In this document: positions 12,269-28,200 of the stretch, one piece after another
Layout: each line of letters begins with the position of its first letter
Numbering within the stretch: position 1 is the first letter of the stretch
Source: Balanoglossus misakiensis
Lineage: Eukaryota; Animalia; Hemichordata
Reading direction: 5' to 3'
Length of the DNA stretch: 64,000 nt
Assembly: GCA_040954595.2 (NCBI GenBank)
Contig: CM082589.2
Coordinates: 4,168,213-4,232,212 of the forward strand
Notes under the pieces: generated by a model
Seen by the model: the letters and a program-made list of their open reading frames with translations, nothing else
Databases searched by the model: none
Told to the model about the DNA's origin: nothing
Program-made: the position numbers and the translations under genes

Positions 12269-13280
12269 CTGGCGTTTATAGCAATTTATCTTGTACGCCT
12301 GGACGTTTTAACGCTTGATCCCCTCCGCTGGCAGTCCGCCAATTTAATAGAAAAACGCAGAGATGTCCAGTGTGTGCACAAGATGATAGTCGATATCCTT
12401 ACCTAAGCCGCTGAAGCCTGTGCTTTATACCCGGAATGTAAATACGTCACTTTTAAAAGAAGTGCAACCTGATATTCTGCCACCTTCTGCAATCGCGAAA
12501 ATAAAAGGGCACGCTCACTTCTTTTCAGCGGGAAACACCAGCCGTAAAAAGAGATTCTTTAAGCCTGTCGTCTTCTCCGCTAACCTTCGTTTGTTCTATC
12601 CGACTTTTGAAGGTTCCTGAGTTATAGCGGTCTTTTTTATCTGCATCTTTCGCGAGTTAACAGCGATTCGCTCAGCGCATGATTGGCTGTATATTCTCAT
12701 TTATTGCTGAAAATGAAACAACAAAATGGCGACACTTACACATAGATAACACTTTGATTGATTTCATCACGAAAAGTCAGCGATGGACGTTGATATTAAT
12801 CATGAGCATGGCCCGGCCGCCCACTTGCAAGTCAGAAAGTGCGTTTCCTGCCTTTAGATCTCCGCCCTTGAAAACACCAGAGGACAATATTAATGGACCA
12901 TAGTTGTTTTTATTACGTTAACTGTTGATTACTTTGCCTGGAAAAGATAGCAGTAATCACTTGTTGTATTATGTATACAGCCTTGGATCGTTGCAGAGAT
13001 GCGCGGCGTAATGGGTTTCATTACAAATGGCTTTGATGAAAACTCGGCAGTTGTCAGAAAGACGTTCGTTCTTGATTACTGATGCTGAAATCAAAGTTTA
13101 TATCTTACATAAACGGTATTTAAACAAACTGTCTGAAAGACAATTTGCATAAGTTGTTCAATCTGGTCACCACACTTTGATGACGTAAATCTAGACCATA
13201 ATCCCGTGTGTGTAAGTTTTCTAATACACGTCGCAATAATGGACGCCATTATGAGTAGACTGTTGGAAACACTTGACTAA

Positions 13281-16200
13281 TTTTTTTTCAAAAAAGGATG
13301 AAATTTTGAAAATTCGCAAAGTCGGAAAATCATCATTTTTTGATGATTTTCATGAGCTGTAACCCATGATTTTTATCAAAAATGACGACATTTTGAAAGA
13401 TCGCAAACTCGGAAAATTTGATGATTTTCATGAGCTATAACCCATGATTTTTATCAAAACATGACCAAATTTCGAAAATTCGCAAAGTCGAAAAAATCGT
13501 CGATTTTTGAAGATTTTCATGAGCTATAACCCATGATTTTTATCAAAACATGACCAAATTTCGAAAATTCGCAAATTCGAAAAATTGTCATTTTTGGATG
13601 ATTTTCATGAGCTATAACCCATGGTTTTTTCAAAAAAATGAAGAAATTTTGATATTTCGCAAAGTCGAAAAATTGTCATTTTTGGATGATTTTCATGAGC
13701 TATAACCCATGGTTTTTTCAAAAAAATGAAGAAATTTTGATATTTCGCAAAGTCGAAAAATTGTCATTTTCGGATGATTTTCATGAGCTATAACCCATGG
13801 TTTTTTCAAAAAAATGAAGAAATTTTGATATTTCGCAAAGTCGAAAAATTGTCATTTTCGGATGATTTTCATGAGCAATAACTCATGGTTTTTTTAAAAA
13901 AATGAAGAAATTTTGATATTTCGCAAAGTCGAAAAATTGTCATTTTCGGATGATTTTCATGAGCTATAACCCATGGTTTTTTCAAAAAAATGAAGAAATT
14001 TTGATATTTCGCAAAGTCGAAAAATTGTCATTTTTGGATGATTTTCATGAGCTATAACCCATGGTTTTTTCAAAAAAATGAAGAAATTTTGATATTTCGC
14101 AAAGTCGAAAAATTGTCATTTTTGGATGATTTTCATGAGCTATAACCCATGGTTTTTTCAAAAAAATGAAGAAATTTTGATATTTCGCAAAGTCGAAAAA
14201 TTGTCATTTTTGGATGATTTTCATGAGCTATAACCCATGGTTTTTTCAAAAAAATGAAGAAATTTTGATATTTCGCAAAGTCGAAAAATTGTCATTTTTG
14301 GATGATTTTCATGAGCTATAACCCATGGTTTTTTCAAAAAAATGAAGAAATTTTGATATTTCGCAAAGTCGAAAAATTGTCATTTTTGGATGATTTTCAT
14401 GAGCTATAACCCATGGTTTTTTCAAAAAAATGAAGAAATTTTGATATTTCGCAAAGTCGAAAAATTGTCATTTTTGGATGATTTTCATGAGCTATAACCC
14501 ATGGTTTTTTCAAAAAAATGAAGAAATTTTGATATTTCGCAAAGTCGAAAAATTGTCATTTTTGGATGATTTTCATGAGCTATAACCCATGTTTTTTTCA
14601 AAAAAATGAAGAAATTTTGATATTTCGCAAAGTCGAAAAATTGTCATTTTTGGATGATTTTCATGAGCTATAACCCATGGTTTTTTCAAAAAAATGAAGA
14701 AATTTTGATATTTCGCCAAGTCGAAAAATTGTCATTTTTGGATGATTTTCATGAGCTATAACCCATGGTTTTTTCAAAAAAATGAAGAAATTTTGATATT
14801 TCGCAAAGTCGAAAAATTGTCATTTTCGGATGATTTTCATGAGCTATAACCCATGGTTTTTTCAAAAAAATGAAGAAATTTTGATATTTCGCAAAGTCGA
14901 AAAATTGTCATTTTTGGATGATTTTCATGAGCTATAACCCATGGTTTTTTCAAAAAAATGAAGAAATTTTGATATTTCGCAAAGTCGAAAAATTGTCATT
15001 TTTGGATGATTTTCATGAGCTATAACCCATGGTTTTTTCAAAAAAATGAAGAAATTTTGATATTTCGCAAAGTCGAAAAATTGTCATTTTTGGATGATTT
15101 TCATGAGCTATAACCCATGGTTTTTTCAAAAAAGTGAAGAAATTTTGATATTTCGCAAAGTCGAAAAATTGTCATTTTTGGATGATTTTCATGAGCTATA
15201 ACCCATGTTTTTTTCAAAAAAGTGACGAAATTTTGATATTTCGCAAAGTCGAAAAATTGTCATTTTCGGATGATTTTCATGAGCTATAACCCATGGTTTT
15301 TTCAAAAAAGTGAAGAAATTTTGATATTTCGCAAAGTCGAAAAATTGTCATTTTTGGATGATTTTCATGAGCTATAACCCATGGTTTTTTCAAAAAAATG
15401 AAGAAATTTTGATATTTCGCAAAGTCGAAAAATTGTCATTTTTGGATGATTTTCATGAGCTATAACCCATGGTTTTTTCAAAAAAATGAAGAAATTTTGA
15501 TATTTCGCAAAGTCGAAAAATTGTCATTTTTGGATGATTTTCATGAGCTATAACCCATGGTTTTTTCAAAAAAGTGAAGAAATTTTGATATTTCGCAAAG
15601 TCGAAAAATTGTCATTTTTGGATGATTTTCATGAGCTATAACCCATGGTTTTTTCAAAAAAGTGAAGAAATTTTGATATTTCGCAAAGTCGAAAAATTGT
15701 CATTTTCGGATGATTTTCATGAGCTATAACCCATGGTTTTTTCAAAAAAGTGAAGAAATTTTGATATTTCGCAAAGTCGAAAAATTGTCATTTTTGGATG
15801 ATTTTCATGAGCTATAACCCATGGTTTTTTCAAAAAAGTGAAGAAATTTTGATATTTCGCAAAGTCGAAAAATTGTCATTTTTGGATGATTTTCATGAGC
15901 TATAACCCATGGTTTTTTCAAAAAAGTGAAGAAATTTTGATATTTCGCAAAGTCGAAAAATTGTCATTTTTGGATGATTTTCATGAGCTATAACCCATGG
16001 TTTTTTCAAAAAAGTGAAGAAATTTTGATATTTCGCAAAGTCGAAAAATTTTCATTTTTGGATGATTTTCATGAGCTATAACCCATGGTTTTTTCAAAAA
16101 AATGAAGAAATTTTGATATTTCGCAAAGTCGAAAAATTGTCATTTTCGGATGATTTTCATGAGCTATAACCCATGGTTTTTTAAAAAAAATGAAGAAATT

Positions 16201-19200
16201 TTGATATTTCGCAAAGTCGAAAAATTGTCATTTTTGGATGATTTTCATGAGCTATAACCCATGGTTTTTTCAAAAAAATGAAGAAATTTTGATATTTCGC
16301 AAAGTCGAAAAATTGTCATTTTTGGATGATTTTCATGAGCTATAACCCATGGTTTTTTCAAAAAAATGAAGAAATTTTGATATTTCGCAAAGTCGAAAAA
16401 TTGTCATTTTTGGATGATTTTCATGAGCTATAACCCATGGTTTTTTCAAAAAAATGAAGAAATTTTGATATTTCGCAAAGTCGAAAAATTGTCATTTTTG
16501 GATGATTTTCATGAGCTATAACCCATGGTTTTTTCAAAAAAATGAAGAAATTTTGATATTTCGCAAAGTCGAAAAATTGTCATTTTTGGATTATTTTCAT
16601 GAGCTTTAACCCATGGTTTTTTCAAAAAAATGAAGAAATTTTGATATTTCGCAAAGTCGAAAAATTGTCATTTTTGGATGATTTTCATGAGCTATAACCC
16701 ATGGTTTTTTCAAAAAAATGAAGAAATTTTGATATTTCGCAAAGTCGAAAAATTGTCATTTTTGGATGATTTTCATGAGCTATAACCCATGGTTTTTTCA
16801 AAAAAATGAAGAAATTTTGATATTTCGCAAAGTCGAAAAATTGTCATTTTTGGATGATTTTCATGAGCTATAACCCATGGTTTTTTCAAAAAAATGAAGA
16901 AATTTTGATATTTCGCAAAGTCGAAAAATTGTCATTTTTGGATGATTTTCATGAGCTATAACCCATGGTTTTTTCAAAAAAATGAAGAAATTTTGATATT
17001 TCGCAAAGTCGAAAAATTGTCATTTTTGGATGATTTTCATGAGCTATAACCCATGGTTTTTTCAAAAAAATGAAGAAATTTTGATATTTCGCAAAGTCGA
17101 AAAATTGTCATTTTTGGATGATTTTCATGAGCTATAACCCATGGTTTTTTCAAAAAAATGAAGAAATTTTGATATTTCGCAAAGTCGAAAAATTGTCATT
17201 TTTGGATGATTTTCATGAGCTATAACCCATGGTTTTTTCAAAAAAATGAAGAAATTTTGATATTTCGCAAAGTCGAAAAATTGTCATTTTTGGATGATTT
17301 TCATGAGCTATAACCCATGGTTTTTTCAAAAAAATGAAGAAATTTTGATATTTCGCAAAGTCGAAAAATTGTCATTTTTGGATGATTTTCATGAGCTATA
17401 ACCCATGGTTTTTTCAAAAAATGAAGAAATTTTGATATTTCGCAAAGTCGAAAAATTGTCATTTTCGGATGATTTTCATGAGCTATAACCCATGGTTTTT
17501 TCAAAAAAATGAAGAAATTTTGATATTTCGCAAAGTCGAAAAATTGTCATTTTTGGATGATTTTCATGAGCTATAACCCATGTTTTTTTCAAAAAAATGA
17601 AGAAATTTTGATATTTCGCAAAGTCGAAAAATTGTCATTTTTGGATGATTTTCATGAGCTATAACCCATGTTTTTTTCAAAAAAATGAAGAAATTTTGAT
17701 ATTTCGCAAAGTCGAAAAATTGTCATTTTTGGATGATTTTCATGAGCTATAACCCATGGTTTTTTCAAAAAAATGAAGAAATTTTGATATTTCGCAAAGT
17801 CGAAAAATTGTCATTTTTGGATGATTTTCATGAGCTATAACCCATGGTTTTTTCAAAAAAATGAAGAAATTTTGATATTTCGCAAAGTCGAAAAATTGTC
17901 ATTTTTGGATGATTTTCATGAGCTATAACCCATGGTTTTTTCAAAAAAATGAAGAAATTTTGATATTTCGCAAAGTCGAAAAATTGTCATTTTTGGATGA
18001 TTTTCATGAGCTATAGCCCATGGTTTTTTAAAAAAAATGAAGAAATTTTGATATTTCGCAAAGTCGAAAAATTGTCATTTTTGGATGATTTTCATGAGCT
18101 ATAGCCCATGGTTTTTTCAAAAAAATGAAGAAATTTTGATATTTCGCAAAGTCGAAAAATTGTCATTTTTGGATGATTTTCATGAGCTATAACCCATGGT
18201 TTTTTCAAAAAAATGAAGAAATTTTGATATTTCGCAAAGTCGAAAAATTGTCATTTTTGGATGATTTTCATGAGCTATAACCCATGTTTTTTTCAAAAAA
18301 ATGAAGAAATTTTGATATTTCGCAAAGTCGAAAAATTGTCATTTTTGGATGATTTTCATGAGCTATAACCCATGGTTTTTTCAAAAAAATGAAGAAATTT
18401 TGATATTTCGCAAAGTCGAAAAATTGTCATTTTTGGATGATTTTCATGAGCTATAACCCATGATTTTTATCAAAACATGACCAAATTTCGAAAATTCGCA
18501 AAGTCGAAAAAATCGTCGATTTTTGAAGATTTTCATGAGCTATAACCCATGATTTTTATCAAAACATGACCAAATTTCGAAAATTCGCAAATTCGAAAAA
18601 TTGTCATTTTTGGATGATTTTCATGAGCTATAACCCATGGTTTTTTCAAAAAATGAAGAAATTTTGATATTTCGCAAATTCGAAAAATTGTCATTTTCGG
18701 ATGATTTTCATGAGCTATAACCCATGGTTTTTTCAAAAAAATGAAGAAATTTTGATATTTCGCAAAGTCGAAAAATTGTCATTTTCGGATGATTTTCATG
18801 AGCTATAACCCATGGTTTTTTCAAAAAATGAAGAAATTTTGATATTTCGCAAAGTCGAAAAATTGTCATTTTCGGATGATTTTCATGAGCTATAACCCAT
18901 GGTTTTTTCAAAAAAATGAAGAAATTTTGATATTTCGCAAAGTCGAAAAATTGTCATTTTCGGATGATTTTCATGAGCTATAACCCTTGGTTTTTTCAAA
19001 AAAATGAAGAAATTTTGATATTTCGCAAAGTCGAAAAATTGTCATTTTCGGATGATTTTCATGAGCTATAACCCATGGTTTTTTCAAAAAAATGAAGAAA
19101 TTTTGATATTTCGCAAAGTCGAAAAATTGTCATTTTCGGATGATTTTCATGAGCTATAACCCATGGTTTTTTTTAAAAAAATGAAGAAATTTTGATATTT

Positions 19201-22200
19201 CGCAAAGTCGAAAAATTGTCATTTTCGGATGATTTTCATGAGCTATAACCCTTGGTTTTTTCAAAAAAATGAAGAAATTTTGATATTTCGCAAAGTCGAA
19301 AAATTGTCATTTTCGGATGATTTTCATGAGCTATAACCCATGGTTTTTTCAAAAAAATGAAGAAATTTTGATATTTCGCAAAGTCGAAAAATTGTCATTT
19401 TCGGATGATTTTCATGAGCTATAACCCATGGTTTTTTTTAAAAAAATGAAGAAATTTTGATATTTCGCAAAGTCGAAAAATTGTCATTTTCGGATGATTT
19501 TCATGAGCTATAACCCATGGTTTTTTCAAAAAAATGAAGAAATTTTGATATTTCGCAAAGTCGAAAAATTGTCATTTTCGGATGATTTTCATGAGCTATA
19601 ACCCATGGTTTTTTCAAAAAAATGAAGAAATTTTGATATTTCGCAAAGTCGAAAAATTGTCATTTTTGGATGATTTTCATGAGCTATAACCCATGGTTTT
19701 TTCAAAAAATGAAGAAATTTTGATATTTCGCAAAGTCGAAAAATTGTCATTTTTGGATGATTTTCATGAGCTATAACCCATGGTTTTTTCAAAAAAATGA
19801 AGAAATTTTGATATTTCGCAAAGTCGAAAAATTGTCATTTTTGGATGATTTTCATGAGCTATAACCCATGGTTTTTTTCAAAAAAATGAAGAAATTTTGA
19901 TATTTCGCAAAGTCGAAAAATTGTCATTTTTGGATGATTTTCATGAGCTATAACCCATGGTTTTTTCAAAAAAATGAAGAAATTTTGATATTTCGCAAAG
20001 TCGAAAAATTGTCATTTTTGGATGATTTTCATGAGCTATAACCCATGGTTTTTTCAAAAAAATGAAGAAATTTTGATATTTCGCAAAGTCGAAAAATTGT
20101 CATTTTTGGATGATTTTCATGAGCTATAACCCATGGTTTTTTCAAAAAAATGAAGAAATTTTGATATTTCGCAAAGTCGAAAAATTGTCATTTTTGGATG
20201 ATTTTCATGAGCTATAACCCATGGTTTTTTCAAAAAAATGAAGAAATTTTGATATTTCGCAAAGTCGAAAAATTGTCATTTTTGGATGATTTTCATGAGC
20301 TATAACCCATGGTTTTTTAAAAAAAATGAAGAAATTTTGATATTTCGCAAAGTCGAAAAATTGTCATTTTCGGATGATTTTCATGAGCTATAACCCATGG
20401 TTTTTCAAAAAAATGAAGAAATTTTGATATTTCGCAAAGTCGAAAAATTGTCATTTTTGGATGATTTTCATGAGCTATAACCCATGGTTTTTTCAAAAAA
20501 ATGAAGAAATTTTGATATTTCGCAAAGTCGAAAAATTGTCATTTTTGGATGATTTTCATGAGCTATAACCCATGTTTTTTCAAAAAAATGAAGAAATTTT
20601 GATATTTCGCAAAGTCGAAAAATTGTCATTTTTGGATGATTTTCATGAGCTATAACCCATGGTTTTTTCAAAAAAATGAAGAAATTTTGATATTTCGCAA
20701 AGTCGAAAAATTGTCATTTTTGGATGATTTTCATGAGCTATAACCCATGGTTTTTTCAAAAAAATGAAGAAATTTTGATATTTCGCAAAGTCGAAAAATT
20801 GTCATTTTTGGATGATTTTCATGAGCTATAACCCATGGTTTTTTCAAAAAAATGAAGAAATTTTGATATTTCGCAAAGTCGAAAAATTGTCATTTTTGGA
20901 TGATTTTCATGAGCTATAACCCATGGTTTTTTCAAAAAAATGAAGAAATTTTGATATTTCGCAAAGTCGAAAAATTGTCATTTTTGGATGATTTTCATGA
21001 GCTATAACCCATGGTTTTTTCAAAAAAATGAAGAAATTTTGATATTTCGCAAAGTCGAAAAATTGTCATTTTTGGATGATTTTCATGAGCTATAACCCAT
21101 GGTTTTTTCAAAAAAATGAAGAAATTTTGATATTTCGCAAAGTCGAAAAATTGTCATTTTTGGATGATTTTCATGAGCTATAACCCATGGTTTTTTCAAA
21201 AAAATGAAGAAATTTTGATATTTCGCAAAGTCGAAAAATTGTCATTTTTGGATGATTTTCATGAGCTATAACCCATGGTTTTTTCAAAAAAATGAAGAAA
21301 TTTTGATATTTCGCAAAGTCGAAAAATTGTCATTTTTGGATGATTTTCATGAGCTATAACCCATGGTTTTTTCAAAAAAATGAAGAAATTTTGATATTTC
21401 GCAAAGTCGAAAAATTGTCATTTTTGGATGATTTTCATGAGCTATAACCCATGGTTTTTTCAAAAAAATGAAGAAATTTTGATATTTCACAAAGTCGAAA
21501 AATTGTCATTTTTGGATGATTTTCATGAGCTATAACCCATGGTTTTTTGCAAAAAAATGAAGAAATTTTGATATTTCGCAAAGTCGAAAAATTGTCATTT
21601 TTGGATGATTTTCATGAGCTATAACCCATGGTTTTTTCAAAAAAATGAAGAAATTTTGATATTTCGCAAAGTCGAAAAATTGTCATTTTTGGATGATTTT
21701 CATGAGCTATAACCCATGTTTTTTTCAAAAAAATGAAGAAATTTTGATATTTCGCAAAGTCGAAAAATTGTCATTTTTGGATGATTTTCATGAGCTATAA
21801 CCCATGGTTTTTTCAAAAAAATGAAGAAATTTTGATATTTCGCAAAGTCGAAAAATTGTCATTTTTGGATGATTTTCATGAGCTATAACCCATGGTTTTT
21901 TCAAAAAAATGAAGAAATTTTGATATTTCGCAAAGTCGAAAAATTGTCATTTTTGGATGATTTTCATGAGCTATAACCCATGGTTTTTTCAAAAAAATGA
22001 AGAAATTTTGATATTTCGCAAAGTCGAAAAATTGTCATTTTTGGATGATTTTCATGAGCTATAACCCATGGTTTTTTCAAAAAAATGAAGAAATTTTGAT
22101 ATTTCGCAAAGTCGAAAAATTGTCATTTTTGGATGATTTTCATGAGCTATAACCCATGGTTTTTTCAAAAAAATGAAGAAATTTTGATATTTCGCAAAGT

Positions 22201-25200
22201 CGAAAAATTGTCATTTTTGGATGATTTTCATGAGCTATAACCCATGGTTTTTTCAAAAAAATGAAGAAATTTTGATATTTCGCAAAGTCGAAAAATTGTC
22301 ATTTTTGGATGATTTTCATGAGCTATAACCCATGGTTTTTTCAAAAAAATGAAGAAATTTTGATATTTCGCAAAGTCGAAAAATTGTCATTTTTGGATGA
22401 TTTTCATGAGCTATAACCCATGGTTTTTTCAAAAAAATGAAGAAATTTTGATATTTCGCAAAGTCGAAAAATTGTCATTTTTGGATGATTTTCATGAGCT
22501 ATAACCCATGGTTTTTTCAAAAAAATGAAGAAATTTTGATATTTCGCAAAGTCGAAAAATTGTCATTTTTGGATGATTTTCATGAGCTATAACCCATGGT
22601 TTTTTCAAAAAAATGAAGAAATTTTGATATTTCGCAAAGTCGAAAAATTGTCATTTTTGGATGATTTTCATGAGCTATAACCCATGGTTTTTTCAAAAAA
22701 ATGAAGAAATTTTGATATTTCGCAAAGTCGAAAAATTGTCATTTTTGGATGATTTTCATGAGCTATAACCCATGGTTTTTTCAAAAAAATGAAGAAATTT
22801 TGATATTTCGCAAAGTCGAAAAATTGTCATTTTTGGATGATTTTCATGAGCTATAACCCATGGTTTTTTCAAAAAAATGAAGAAATTTTGATATTTCGCA
22901 AAGTCGAAAAATTGTCATTTTTGGATGATTTTCATGAGCTATAACCCATGGTTTTTTCAAAAAAATGAAGAAATTTTGATATTTCGCAAAGTCGAAAAAT
23001 TGTCATTTTTGGATGATTTTCATGAGCTATAACCCATGGTTTTTTCAAAAAAATGAAGAAATTTTGATATTTCGCAAAGTCGAAAAATTGTCATTTTTGG
23101 ATGATTTTCATGAGCTATAACCCATGGTTTTTTCAAAAAAATGAAGAAATTTTGATATTTCGCAAAGTCGAAAAATTGTCATTTTTGGATGATTTTCATG
23201 AGCTATAACCCATGGTTTTTTCAAAAAAATGAAGAAATTTTGATATTTCGCAAAGTCGAAAAATTGTCATTTTTGGATGATTTTCATGAGCTATAACCCA
23301 TGGTTTTTTCAAAAAAATGAAGAAATTTTGATATTTCGCAAAGTCGAAAAATTGTCATTTTTGGATGATTTTCATGAGCTATAACCCATGGTTTTTTCAA
23401 AAAAATGAAGAAATTTTGATATTTCGCAAAGTCGAAAAATTGTCATTTTTGGATGATTTTCATGAGCTATAACCCATGGTTTTTTCAAAAAAATGAAGAA
23501 ATTTTGATATTTCGCAAAGTCGAAAAATTGTCATTTTTGGATGATTTTCATGAGCTATAACCCATGTTTTTTTCAAAAAAATGAAGAAATTTTGATATTT
23601 CGCAAAGTCGAAAAATTGTCATTTTTGGATGATTTTCATGAGCTATAACCCATGGTTTTTTCAAAAAAATGAAGAAATTTTGATATTTCGCAAAGTCGAA
23701 AAATTGTCATTTTTGGATGATTTTCATGAGCTATAACCCATGGTTTTTTCAAAAAAATGAAGAAATTTTGATATTTCGCAAAGTCGAAAAATTGTCATTT
23801 TTGGATGATTTTCATGAGCTATAACCCATGGTTTTTTCAAAAAAATGAAGAAATTTTGATATTTCGCAAAGTCGAAAAATTGTCATTTTTGGATGATTTT
23901 CATGAGCTATAACCCATGGTTTTTTCAAAAAAATGAAGAAATTTTGATATTTCGCAAAGTCGAAAAATTGTCATTTTTGGATGATTTTCATGAGCTATAA
24001 CCCATGGTTTTTTCAAAAAAATGAAGAAATTTTGATATTTCGCAAAGTCGAAAAATTGTCATTTTTGGATGATTTTCATGAGCTATAACCCATGGTTTTT
24101 TCAAAAAAATGAAGAAATTTTGATATTTCGCAAAGTCGAAAAATTGTCATTTTGAGATGATTTTCATGAGCTATAACCCATGGTTTTTTCAAAAAAATGA
24201 AGAAATTTTGATATTTCGCAAAGTCGAAAAATTGTCATTTTTGGATGATTTTCATGAGCTATAACCCATGGTTTTTTCAAAAAAAATGAAGAAATTTTGA
24301 TATTTCGCAAAGTCGAAAACTTGTCATTTTGAGATGATTTTCATGAGCTATAACCCATGGTTTTTTCAAAAAAATGAAGAAATTTTGATATTTCGCAAAG
24401 TCGAAAAATTGTCATTTTTGGATGATTTTCATGAGCTATAACCCATGGTTTTTTCAAAAAAATGAAGAAATTTTGATATTTCGCAAAGTCGAAAAATTGT
24501 CATTTTTGGATGATTTTCATGAGCTATAACCCATGGTTTTTTCAAAAAAATGAAGAAATTTTGATATTTCGCAAAGTCGAAAAATTGTCATTTTTGGATG
24601 ATTTTCATGAGCTATAACCCATGGTTTTTTCAAAAAAATGAAGAAATTTTGATATTTCGCAAAGTCGAAAAATTGTCATTTTTGGATGATTTTCATGAGC
24701 TATAACCCATGGTTTTTTCAAAAAAATGAAGAAATTTTGATATTTCGCAAAGTCGAAAAATTGTCATTTTTGGATGATTTTCATGAGCTATAACCCATGG
24801 TTTTTTCAAAAAAATGAAGAAATTTTGATATTTCGCAAAGTCGAAAAATTGTCATTTTTGGATGATTTTCATGAGCTATAACCCATGGTTTTTTCAAAAA
24901 AATGAAGAAATTTTGATATTTCGCAAAGTCGAAAAATTGTCATTTTTGGATGATTTTCATGAGCTATAACCCATGGTTTTTTCAAAAAATGAAGAAATTT
25001 TGATATTTCGCAAAGTCGAAAACTTGTCATTTTGAGATGATTTTCATGAGCTATAACCCATGGTTTTTTCAAAAAAGTGAAGAAATTTTGATATTTCGCA
25101 AAGTCGAAAAATTGTCATTTTTGGATGATTTTCATGAGCTATAACCCATGGTTTTTTCAAAAAAATGAAGAAATTTTGATATTTCGCAAAGTCGAAAAAT

Positions 25201-28200
25201 TGTCATTTTTGGATGATTTTCATGAGCTATAACCCATGGTTTTTTCAAAAAAATGAAGAAATTTTGATATTTCGCAAAGTCGAAAAATTGTCATTTTTGG
25301 ATGATTTTCATGAGCTATAACCCATGGTTTTTTCAAAAAAATGAAGAAATTTTGATATTTCGCAAAGTCGAAAAATTGTCATTTTTGGATGATTTTCATG
25401 AGCTATAACCCATGGTTTTTTCAAAAAAATGAAGAAATTTTGATATTTCGCAAAGTCGAAAAATTGTCATTTTTGGATGATTTTCATGAGCTATAACCCA
25501 TGGTTTTTTCAAAAAAATGAAGAAATTTTGATATTTCGCAAAGTCGAAAAATTGTCATTTTTGGATGATTTTCATGAGCTATAACCCATGGTTTTTTCAA
25601 AAAAATGAAGAAATTTTGATATTTCGCAAAGTCGAAAAATTGTCATTTTTGGATGATTTTCATGAGCTATAACCCATGGTTTTTTCAAAAAAATGAAGAA
25701 ATTTTGATATTTCGCAAAGTCGAAAAATTGTCATTTTTGGATGATTTTCATGAGCTATAACCCATGGTTTTTTCAAAAAAATGAAGAAATTTTGATATTT
25801 CGCAAAGTCGAAAAATTGTCATTTTTGGATGATTTTCATGAGCTATAACCCATGGTTTTTTCAAAAAAATGAAGAAATTTTGATATTTCGCAAAGTCGAA
25901 AAATTGTCATTTTTGGATGATTTTCATGAGCTATAACCCATGGTTTTTTCAAAAAAATGAAGAAATTTTGATATTTCGCAAAGTCGAAAAATTGTCATTT
26001 TTGGATGATTTTCATGAGCTATAACCCATGGTTTTTTCAAAAAAATGAAGAAATTTTGATATTTCGCAAAGTCGAAAAATTGTCATTTTTGGATGATTTT
26101 CATGAGCTATAACCCATGGTTTTTTCAAAAAAATGAAGAAATTTTGATATTTCGCAAAGTCGAAAAATTGTCATTTTGAGATGATTTTCATGAGCTATAA
26201 CCCATGGTTTTTTCAAAAAAATGAAGAAATTTTGATATTTCGCAAAGTCGAAAAATTGTCATTTTTGGATGATTTTCATGAGCTATAACCCATGGTTTTT
26301 TCAAAAAAAATGAAGAAATTTTGATATTTCGCAAAGTCGAAAACTTGTCATTTTGAGATGATTTTCATGAGCTATAACCCATGGTTTTTTCAAAAAAATG
26401 AAGAAATTTTGATATTTCGCAAAGTCGAAAAATTGTCATTTTTGGATGATTTTCATGAGCTATAACCCATGGTTTTTTCAAAAAAATGAAGAAATTTTGA
26501 TATTTCGCAAAGTCGAAAAATTGTCATTTTTGGATGATTTTCATGAGCTATAACCCATGGTTTTTTCAAAAAAATGAAGAAATTTTGATATTTCGCAAAG
26601 TCGAAAAATTGTCATTTTTGGATGATTTTCATGAGCTATAACCCATGGTTTTTTCAAAAAAATGAAGAAATTTTGATATTTCGCAAAGTCGAAAAATTGT
26701 CATTTTTGGATGATTTTCATGAGCTATAACCCATGGTTTTTTCAAAAAAATGAAGAAATTTTGATATTTCGCAAAGTCGAAAAATTGTCATTTTTGGATG
26801 ATTTTCATGAGCTATAACCCATGGTTTTTTCAAAAAAATGAAGAAATTTTGATATTTCGCAAAGTCGAAAAATTGTCATTTTTGGATGATTTTCATGAGC
26901 TATAACCCATGGTTTTTTCAAAAAAATGAAGAAATTTTGATATTTCGCAAAGTCGAAAAATTGTCATTTTTGGATGATTTTCATGAGCTATAACCCATGG
27001 TTTTTTCAAAAAAATGAAGAAATTTTGATATTTCGCAAAGTCGAAAAATTGTCATTTTTGGATGATTTTCATGAGCTATAACCCATGGTTTTTTCAAAAA
27101 AATGAAGAAATTTTGATATTTCGCAAAGTCGAAAAATTGTCATTTTGAGATGATTTTCATGAGCTATAACCCATGGTTTTTTCAAAAAAATGAAGAAATT
27201 TTGATATTTCGCAAAGTCGAAAAATTGTCATTTTTGGATGATTTTCATGAGCTATAACCCATGGTTTTTTCAAAAAAAATGAAGAAATTTTGATATTTCG
27301 CAAAGTCGAAAACTTGTCATTTTGAGATGATTTTCATGAGCTATAACCCATGGTTTTTTCAAAAAAATGAAGAAATTTTGATATTTCGCAAAGTCGAAAA
27401 ATTGTCATTTTTGGATGATTTTCATGAGCTATAACCCATGGTTTTTTCAAAAAAATGAAGAAATTTTGATATTTCGCAAAGTCGAAAAATTGTCATTTTT
27501 GGATGATTTTCATGAGCTATAACCCATGGTTTTTTCAAAAAAATGAAGAAATTTTGATATTTCGCAAAGTCGAAAAATTGTCATTTTTGGATGATTTTCA
27601 TGAGCTATAACCCATGGTTTTTTCAAAAAAGTGAAGAAATTTTGATATTTCGCAAAGTCGAAAAATTGTCATTTTTGGATGATTTTCATGAGCTATAACC
27701 CATGGTTTTTTCAAAAAAGTGAAGAAATTTTGATATTTCGCAAAGTCGAAAAATTGTCATTTTTGGATGATTTTCATGAGCTATAACCCATGGTTTTTTC
27801 AAAAAAATGAAGAAATTTTGATATTTCGCAAAGTCGAAAAATTGTCATTTTTGGATGATTTTCATGAGCTATAACCCATGGTTTTTTCAAAAAAATGAAG
27901 AAATTTTGATATTTCGCAAAGTCGAAAAATTGTCATTTTTGGATGATTTTCATGAGCTATAACCCATGGTTTTTTCAAAAAAATGAAGAAATTTTGATAT
28001 TTCGCAAAGTCGAAAAATTGTCATTTTTGGATGATTTTCATGAGCTATAACCCATGGTTTTTTCAAAAAAATGAAGAAATTTTGATATTTCGCAAAGTCG
28101 AAAAATTGTCATTTTTGGATGATTTTCATGAGCTATAACCCATGGTTTTTTCAAAAAAATGAAGAAATTTTGATATTTCGCAAAGTCGAAAAATTGTCAT

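Noticed and set aside
13655-13670. CENP-B-box-like TTTCGCAAAGTCGAAA in the satellite unit
   Set aside because: Spacing is one base short and the CGGG half is missing; better described as a 5-bp dyad.
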